Sequence record: SRR22947727_405
Length of the DNA: 35,249 bases
Reading direction: 5' to 3' (one strand)
Position numbers and translations under genes: made by a program. Numbering within the stretch: the stretch's first letter is position 1; every line of letters begins with the position of its first letter. The notes under the pieces were generated by a model. It searched no databases. It saw only the letters and a list, made by a program, of their open reading frames with translations, and was not told the origin of the DNA. Shown piece by piece: positions 28,881 to 35,249 of this stretch.

Positions 28881-29065
28881 CGGCTCGAAGGTTCGCAAAA
28901 TTTTATGCAAGTTCGTCTACATTTGAGATTCTTTGAACCAGCAGGGGCTCAGCTGAAAAAGAAGAAAAAGGCGGCAAAACGACAGACCTGAGAGGTCGAA
29001 TTGTATGCCATACCCGCGCAAAAAATTCGCGTGTAATCCGGCGATCGGAGCGTTTGGTTCGCCAA

Positions 29066-30022
29066 GTGAATTCTGAATCGTCCAACTCCGACTCGCTGTC
29101 GGTTCCTCACCTCATCGGTTTGATCGGGGGTGCACTCTGCATCTCCTTCGCACCGATTTTCGCAGTGTTGAGCACGGACCTCTCGCACGTTGGAATGTGG
29201 GACTCCGCATTTTGGCGGGTCTGTATCGGGGCCATCGCGATGGGGATTTTCATGGCGGTGACTGGGGGATTTCGGATCAGAAAACGAGAGTCCGCTTCCG
29301 GGAAATCGGGCGGGCTTTGGCTTGGCTGGCTCTGGTTTCCGGGGGTCATTTTCGCCGCTGACTTCTGGGCATGGCACTGGTCTTTCGAGAATACATCCGT
29401 CGCAAATTCAACCTTACTGGCGAACACCGCGATCTTGTGGGTGACACTTTTTGCGTGGTTGGTTTGGAAAGAGAAAATTACAAAACGCTTTGTCTTCGGG
29501 GCCTCAATTGCTTTTGGAGGTATGATTCTACTAATGCTTAGCTCAACGAATCGCGAACCTCCCCGAGCGGGAAATCCGGTTTTCGGTGATTTCCTGGCGC
29601 TACTCACGGCCGTTTTTTACGCAACCTATCAGCTTTCGATGAAGCGCTATCGGCGAGAGAGATCGGCGCCGCTACTGATGTTTTGCGCGAGTGCCGTCGC
29701 TGCAATCGTTTTGTTTCCGCTCGCTTTTTTTCACAAGGCGCCGCTTCTCCCTGACAGCCTCATTGGTTGGCTTCCATTGATTGGATTGGGAGTCATCTCA
29801 CATGCTTGCGGACAAGGCTTGATCGCATGGGCGCTTGGCAGCCTTCCTTCAAGCTCCGCATCAGTCATCCTTCTTGTTCAACCGGTCGCGACAGCTTTTC
29901 TGGGGAAATGGATTCTAAATCAGCCACTTGTGCCATGGCAAATCGCTGGAGCTACCTTGGTCTTAGTCGGCTTATTCTTCGCCATTCAGGGCCAAGTTCG
30001 ACGCCCCCGCCGAGCGACTTGA
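29066..30022 (+). CDS. DMT/EamA-family transporter
   Basis: About 10 TM helices in two repeats, with SFAPIF, AFWR, TSVANSTLL, GDFLAL and LLVQPV motifs. Start uncertain (GTG 29066 or TTG 29054). Confidence 0.92.
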   Translation: MNSESSNSDSLSVPHLIGLIGGALCISFAPIFAVLSTDLSHVGMWDSAFWRVCIGAIAMGIFMAVTGGFRIRKRESASGKSGGLWLGWLWFPGVIFAADFWAWHWSFENTSVANSTLLANTAILWVTLFAWLVWKEKITKRFVFGASIAFGGMILLMLSSTNREPPRAGNPVFGDFLALLTAVFYATYQLSMKRYRRERSAPLLMFCASAVAAIVLFPLAFFHKAPLLPDSLIGWLPLIGLGVISHACGQGLIAWALGSLPSSSASVILLVQPVATAFLGKWILNQPLVPWQIAGATLVLVGLFFAIQGQVRRPRRAT

Positions 30023-30155
30023 TTCCCAAATTCGGGTTTATTGGCTTCTTTGGACGCGGAATTCTTATTTTATGAAGAAAAATTAGGACGGCGTATTCCA
30101 TTCTTGATCAATGCTTTGTGTTGACTCTCCCGAAACAACTTAAGAAAAACCACTT

Positions 30156-30175
30156 TACAGACCGACTTGTCTGTA
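30156..30175. promoter_or_regulatory. Putative TetR operator 1
   Basis: Palindrome TACAGAC-CGACTT-GTCTGTA, 15 bp upstream of the TetR ATG. Confidence 0.75.
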
Positions 30176-30190
30176 TACAGTGATCTCACA

Positions 30191-30769
30191 ATGAGGAAAG
30201 CAAACGCTAAAGATCGAATCCTCACAACCGCAGGCCAGCTCTTCAACGAGCGAGGTTACTCTGAGGTTGGGATTAATGAGATCATCAAAACCGCCGAAAC
30301 GGCGAAGGCGAGTTTTTATCAGCATTTTGCATCAAAAGAAGCGCTCTGCGAGGCTTGGCTCGACGCGATTCACGACCGATCCGAAAAAGGACGCGAAAAT
30401 ATCTTAGCTTCCTCTGGAGATCCTTGTGAGAAAATCGCGAACTACTTTAAGACCCTCGAAGATTATCTAGTCGAAAGTAACTTTCGTGGCTGCCCTTTTT
30501 CAAACACCGCAACGGTGACAGGAGAAAGCTGCTGCGGAATTCGTAAACGAGTTGAAGACCACAAAGTTTCAATTCGTGAATTTTTTCAGACATTAGTGGC
30601 TCAGTTTGTCGCTTCTAAAGAAAGAGCCCATGAAATCGGAGACCGCTTATTTATCATCTACTCAGGAGCTGGCAGCGAAACTCAAAACGTAAGGGAGATG
30701 TGGCCGATTCAGACAGCTCGCCGAGCAGCGGTAGAGATCTGCCAAGCTGAAAGAAAGACGAAGGAGTAA
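30191..30769 (+). CDS. TetR/AcrR-family regulator, Cys-rich (NemR-like)
   Basis: HTH RILTTAGQLFNERGY...INEII..AETAKASFYQHFASKE, FRGCPF motif and six Cys. Start set at ATG 30191. Confidence 0.93.
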   Translation: MRKANAKDRILTTAGQLFNERGYSEVGINEIIKTAETAKASFYQHFASKEALCEAWLDAIHDRSEKGRENILASSGDPCEKIANYFKTLEDYLVESNFRGCPFSNTATVTGESCCGIRKRVEDHKVSIREFFQTLVAQFVASKERAHEIGDRLFIIYSGAGSETQNVREMWPIQTARRAAVEICQAERKTKE

Positions 30770-30793
30770 CCCTCCCTTTTTTTGCTCCACAAA

Positions 30794-30811
30794 ACAGACA
30801 GACCGTTCTGT
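30794..30811. promoter_or_regulatory. Putative TetR operator 2, upstream of the ECF sigma gene
   Basis: ACAGAC-AGACCG-TTCTGT is 14/18 identical to the core of operator 1 (ACAGAC-CGACTT-GTCTGT). Confidence 0.65.
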
Positions 30812-30865
30812 AAGTATCAAGAAAATAAAAAAATCAATCAACCCAATAACGAAAAGGAACAAGTG

Positions 30866-31489
30866 ATGAAGAACAACACAGTATCCAATAAGCCGAAGCA
30901 CACGCTAGATCCCGAAAACTGGATCTCGCAGTATCACGAGTATCTCGTCCGTTTTGCTTTGCAGCGTATTTCCGATTACGGCACAGCCGAAGATCTTGTC
31001 CAGGACGCTTTCCTCGCAGGCTGGAATGGCCGTAAAAACTTCAGAGGCGATTGCACTGAACGCACGTGGTTGACCGGAATTCTTCGCAACAAAGTGATCG
31101 ATCATTATCGTAAGACTGGTCGTCGCCCTTCGGTTTTGACCACCGATCTCGACGGCGCATTCGACAATGAAAACGGTGCGAAATCAACGTGGCTCGATCG
31201 GCGGGCCGATGAAAGAACCGACCTTCAGCCTGTGGCTTCAGCTGAACGCCACGAGTTTATGACGGATCTTTCTGATGCAGTTGATCAACTTCCCGAAGCG
31301 ATGGGCCGAGCTTTCCGGATGCGCGAAATGGAAGGTTACTCCACCGACGAAATCATAAATTTGCTGAATATTTCAAAAGGCAACTTGTGGGTTTTGATCC
31401 ATCGAGCCAAGCAAGCACTCAGTGAAGAACTCGCCGGCAACTGGCTCGGAAACTCCTCATTCGGCGATCCGATGCAAGTGGCTGCGTAA
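30866..31489 (+). CDS. ECF-type sigma-70 factor
   Basis: Region 2 AEDLVQDAFL...F.G....TWL.GILRNKVID.YR and region 4 LPE....F.MRE.EGYS.DEI...L.IS..N....IHRA. AAAGGA RBS precedes GTG 30863 / ATG 30866. Confidence 0.93.
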   Translation: MKNNTVSNKPKHTLDPENWISQYHEYLVRFALQRISDYGTAEDLVQDAFLAGWNGRKNFRGDCTERTWLTGILRNKVIDHYRKTGRRPSVLTTDLDGAFDNENGAKSTWLDRRADERTDLQPVASAERHEFMTDLSDAVDQLPEAMGRAFRMREMEGYSTDEIINLLNISKGNLWVLIHRAKQALSEELAGNWLGNSSFGDPMQVAA

Positions 31490-31511
31490 TTTAACACCGA
31501 CATTTCACCCA

Positions 31512-31558
31512 AACGATCAGACCGGGTTGGTTCGATGAATCAATCCTGTCTTTTCGTA
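31512..31558. repeat. 47-bp palindrome copy 7
   Basis: aacgatcagaccgggttggttcgatgaatcaatcctgtcttttcgta, 22 bp after the sigma factor stop. Confidence 0.8.
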
Positions 31559-31571
31559 TTCACGGATCGAA

Positions 31572-31609
31572 TTCACAAAGGTTTCACATTCGGTTCAACT
31601 CCACTTCAC
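31572..31609 (+). promoter_or_regulatory. Phased direct-repeat array TTCAC-N6 (cre-tag-like response-regulator site)
   Basis: TTCAC 31572, TTCAC 31583, TTCAA 31594 and TTCAC 31605 show an exact 11-bp period, ending 14 bp before the VIT gene ATG. Confidence 0.65.
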
Positions 31610-31623
31610 ATTCACCACGCAGG

Positions 31624-33672
31624 ATGGTGAGTATTAAGAAACAGCTGATCACATTCCTGACACTAATTGTTGCCGTCACCACCCACGCCAATTCTAGAGG
31701 CGGAAACGGCACTGGCGAAACCGGCGCCTTCGATCGCGAAAGCAAAACGCAGTCGCCCTATTTCGTCATTATCGAGGGCGGCGAAAATCAAACCGAAGGC
31801 AAATCCGAAAAGCTGCCCCTCAAATCAACCGACGTGGAAGTGAACATTTCAGGTGTGATCGCAGATGTCGAAATCAGGCAGCTCTACCAAAACACCGGGA
31901 AGAAGAAACTTGAATGTATCTACGTTTTTCCCAGCTCAACTCGAGCGGCTGTCCACGGCATGGAATTCACGATCGGTGGTCGCAAGGTGATTGCGAAGAT
32001 TGAAAAGAAGTAAGTCGCCAAGGCGAACTACGAAAAGGCAAAAACGGAGAACAAAACCGCGGCGCTCCTCGAGCAAAAGCAACCCAACGTTTTTCAAATG
32101 AGCGTTGGTCATATTCTTCCCGGTGACGAAATCGAAGTGACCCTTCGCTACACCGAGCACCTTTTAGCTACGGATAAAATCTACGAGTTCGATTTCCCAA
32201 CGGTAGTTGGGCCACGTTTTTCAAACGACAAGAACACAAGCGGTCCAGCTGATCAATGGGTCGCCAATCCGTATCTCACCAAAGACACTCCAAGCCCATC
32301 GACCTTCAATGTCACCGCGACGGTGAATGCAGGACTTCCGCTGAATTACATCGCCTGCGACACGTATCCGGTGAAGGTTGATTTCGTTTCTGACTCCACT
32401 GCAAAGCTCAGCCTTCAACCGGGATCCGAAGCGACCGACGACCGCGACTTCATTCTCAAATACCGCCTCACCGGCGACAAAATCATTACGGGGCTTTTGC
32501 TTCACGAAGACGAGAAACTCGGCGAAAACTTCTTTCTCCTCACCGTCCAACCGCCTGAGAAACCAAAGCTCACTGACATTCCTGATCGCGATTACGTTTT
32601 CGTTGTCGATGTGTCAGGATCGATGAACGGATTTCCACTCGACACGTCAAAGGAGCTTCTAGAAAATTTGATAGGCTCGCTTCGTCCGACTGATCATTTC
32701 AATATTCTCTTTTTCGCCGGAGGAAATAAAGTCCTTTCGCCAACTCCGCTTCCCGCAACTCAGGCAAACTTCCGCAAGGCACTGCGGATGCTTGATGGCC
32801 AGTCCGGAAACGGCGCGACGCAACTGTTGCCTGCGTTAAAAGAAGCGTTCGCACTTCCAAAATCAGAGGGGACTAGCCGTTCGATGGTCGTGGTTAGCGA
32901 TGGCTACGTTTCTTTCGAACGCGATGCATTTGGTCTCATTCGAGACAATCTGAACGACGCCAACGTTTTTACATTCGGGATTGGATCGAGCGTGAATCCC
33001 TTTTTGATTGAAAGCATGGCCCGAGCCGGACAGGGCGAGCCATTTATCGTCACCACCAAAAAACACGCCAAAGACGAAGCTACCCGCCTTCGGAAACTCC
33101 TCACCTCGCCCGTTCTCACAGATGTTGAAATCACGTTCAATGATGAGTTCGAAGCCTACGACATCGAGCCACGAACCTATCCGGACGTCTTCGCTGATCG
33201 TCCCGTCGTGGTCTTTGGGAAATACCGGGGCAAGCCAACGGGCGCGATTGAAGTCGCCGGAATTTCCGGAAAAGAAAAAATAAAGCTTTCAGACACCATC
33301 TCCGCTCCCAACTCTGAAGAAGACAATGCTGCACTCCCCTATCTGTGAGCCGGAAATCGCATCGCGACGCTTTCAGACACCATCTCAACAGATCAAAACC
33401 GGGATGAAATCGCAGAGGTTACCAACCTCGGGCTCGGATACAATTTGCTGACGCGTTACACAGCCTTCATCGCAATCGACGACATGGTTCGCAAGGCCGA
33501 TGGACTCGAAAGCGAGAAAGTAAAACAACCGCTTCCTCTACCAAAGAACGTTCCCAACTCCGCCGTCGGAGGAGGGTCGACCCCGGAACCAACCATGCCG
33601 CTGCTGTTGCTCGTTGGCGGATTGTTTCTGTTATTTCAGCGCAGCCGCCGTGAAGTCGCCGACTCCGTTTAA
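31624..33672 (+). pseudogene. Secreted VIT + vWA protein with a C-terminal PEP-CTERM sorting signal; two in-frame stops
   Basis: Three ORF-track pieces share one frame of 683 codons. Signal peptide, VIT (LPLKST.V...ISGVIADV...Q.Y.N...LEC.YVFP), MIDAS DVSGS and STPEP + hydrophobic + RSRR. Stops are TAA 32011-32013 (KIEKK*VAKANYEKAK) and TGA 33346-33348 (LPYL*A.NRI, where Trp is expected). Confidence 0.9.
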
Positions 33673-33692
33673 TCTGATTCTTTCAGTCGACG

Positions 33693-35075
33693 ATGAATCC
33701 CATTACCGAAATCACCGCAGCTGATCGAGCCTTGCTTCAAGATACTCATCAGCCGCGTGTTCGGGTTCATCCGAGTGTGATCGCTGCAATCGCGATCACT
33801 GCTTTTTATCCGGTTTGGCAATGGTTTCTCCTTCGGCTGAACGACGGATCGCACGAATCCTGGGGACTGGTCGCGTTGCTGACCGCAGCTATTTTCATCG
33901 GAAAGAAAATTCAGCGAAGTGGAAGGTTGGCCCTTGGATGGAATGCCGTCTCAATTTTTTCAGCCGCACTCTACGTCCTGGGGTTCAACGTGTTAAATCC
34001 AATGATTCAGGCAGCGGTCGCCATCGTGTTTCTTTGCGCATTTTTCCGAATCGACCGCATCGCACCCGGTATCTGTGGACTGCTTCTCATCTCATTGCCA
34101 GTTATCGCCAGCGCCCAATTCTATCTCGGCTATCCCTTGCGACTGATCACCGCAGTCAGCATGGAATTTCTTTTGAATTTGTGTTCGATCGACGGCGACA
34201 TCTAGCGTCACGGCACTGTCTTGTGGTGGCAAAACGCGCCCATCGGTGTGGATCCTCCCTGCTCGGGTATCCGGATGCTGTGGGCGGGATTCTTTCTCCA
34301 CTTTGTGCTCGCATCGTTTCATCGGCATTCATGGCGCGCCCTGATTTTTCTGACGCCGCTCGCTGGAATCGCCATCATCGTCGCGAACATCGCGCGCGGA
34401 TTTTTACTCTTCTTCAAAGAGACCGAGATCGTATTGCTCCCTGATTGGACCCATGTTGGAATTGGAGTTGTGCTGTTTGCTGCGCTCGCACTCGGATGGT
34501 CAAAGCTCAGCGCACGATTCCAAAAAGTAGCAAACGACAACCCGATCCCCTATCAAAAACAAAAGTATGTTTCTTTCTCGCTGATTCTCGCAGCGATAGC
34601 AATTTCCCCACTCGCAATTTCTTCCTCGACTGAGCAGAGCCCGACAAACACCACCGCAATTGAATTTCCTGAAATCTTCGAAAACGAGCATCTTATTCCC
34701 ATCCCACTCAGTGAAACGGAGCAACGATTTGCGAGCGCTTTTCCCGGAGAGATTGGTGTTTTCAAAACGACGACTGGAACGAGAATTATCCTTCGCCACG
34801 TTGAGAAACCGACTCGGAAGCTCCATTCCTCCGCAGACTGCCTCCGTGCGTCAGGATACCATTTGAAAAATCATTTTTCTGAAACCTTCAACGGCTGGAA
34901 GCATTGGAAAGCAACTCATCCTGATTGGGGAACGTGGCAAGTTCGTGAACAGATTTCTGAAATTCAATCCGCAGAAAACTGGTCGGACATTTCCAGTTGG
35001 TTTTGGGCGGCATCATTCAAGCAAACCAAAGGCCCCTGGCTTGCCGTCACCGTGATGGAACCCGTTTACGATTGA
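33693..35075 (+). pseudogene. Exosortase/archaeosortase-family transpeptidase with a C-terminal soluble domain; one in-frame TAG
   Basis: Two ORFs share one frame, separated by TAG 34203-34205. Catalytic Cys-Arg-His motifs are VDPPCSG, ANIAR and WTH..IG, with N-terminal DGSHESWG, FYLGYPLR and C-terminal TRKLHSSADC. Confidence 0.88.
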
Positions 35076-35167
35076 ACCCTGTTGGTTCGACGAATGAATA
35101 GGGTACGTTCGAAACGCCACCACGAACCAACAGGGTTGGTTTATCGTACAGACCCTATTGATTCGTG
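35070..35167. repeat. Cluster of the 47-bp palindrome: right half + left half + full copy 8
   Basis: gaaccctgttggttcga (to 35090), acgaatgaatagggtacgttcg (35090-35111) and the full copy cacgaaccaacagggttggtttatcgtacagaccctattgattcgtg (35121-35167). Confidence 0.85.
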
Positions 35168-35249
35168 AGTTGCCAGCGCAAAAAAGTCGGAACGGCAGAT
35201 CTGATTGGTGATTCCTTCCCGTTAATTCCAAAAAATTCTTTTAAATTCC

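Noticed and set aside
28881-28991. In-frame continuation or 28-aa basic ORF (MQVRLHLRFFEPAGAQLKKKKKAAKRQT) after the nuclease TAG
   Set aside because: No RBS or family signal. It cannot be distinguished from chance or an unrelated fragment without homologues.
30761-30783. Intrinsic terminator after tetR (GGAG-taacc-CTCC + T tract)
   Set aside because: The stem is only about 4 bp and overlaps the stop codon, too weak to call.
8-34205. Alternative genetic code or stop-codon reassignment to explain the in-frame stops
   Set aside because: TAA, TAG and TGA all occur internally and all three terminate intact genes. Long core genes contain no internal stops.
35070-35167. CRISPR array
   Set aside because: Units are degenerate, dispersed and lack regular unique spacers. 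No cas genes are present.

Overview
Bacterial chromosomal window of about 50% GC. It is most likely Verrucomicrobiota (PVC superphylum), judged from a PSD1/planctomycete-cytochrome-c protein, a Cys-type sulfatase, a Tat-exported Gfo/Idh/MocA enzyme, a PEP-CTERM/exosortase pair and a Verrucomicrobia-type SOS box. Intact housekeeping genes (carB, glyQS, pabB, dinB, an SNF2 helicase) are interleaved with about eight accessory genes broken by in-frame stops or frameshifts. These include both genes of a ParE-type toxin-antitoxin pair and both genes of a VIT-vWA-PEP-CTERM plus dedicated exosortase cassette. Non-coding signals not shown by the ORF track are: (i) a dispersed 47-bp imperfect palindrome with about 8 full copies plus fragments, one embedded in frame inside a 1027-aa gene; (ii) a second, GCCGCAAAA-type inverted-repeat element upstream of glyQS; (iii) two matching 18-bp operators before a Cys-rich TetR gene and the downstream ECF sigma gene; (iv) a 4-unit, 11-bp-phased TTCAC (cre-tag-like) array before the VIT/exosortase operon; (v) a LexA-box-like site touching the dinB start codon. 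No rRNA, tRNA, CRISPR array or transposase was recognised. All family assignments are from motif recognition by eye; no searches were run.
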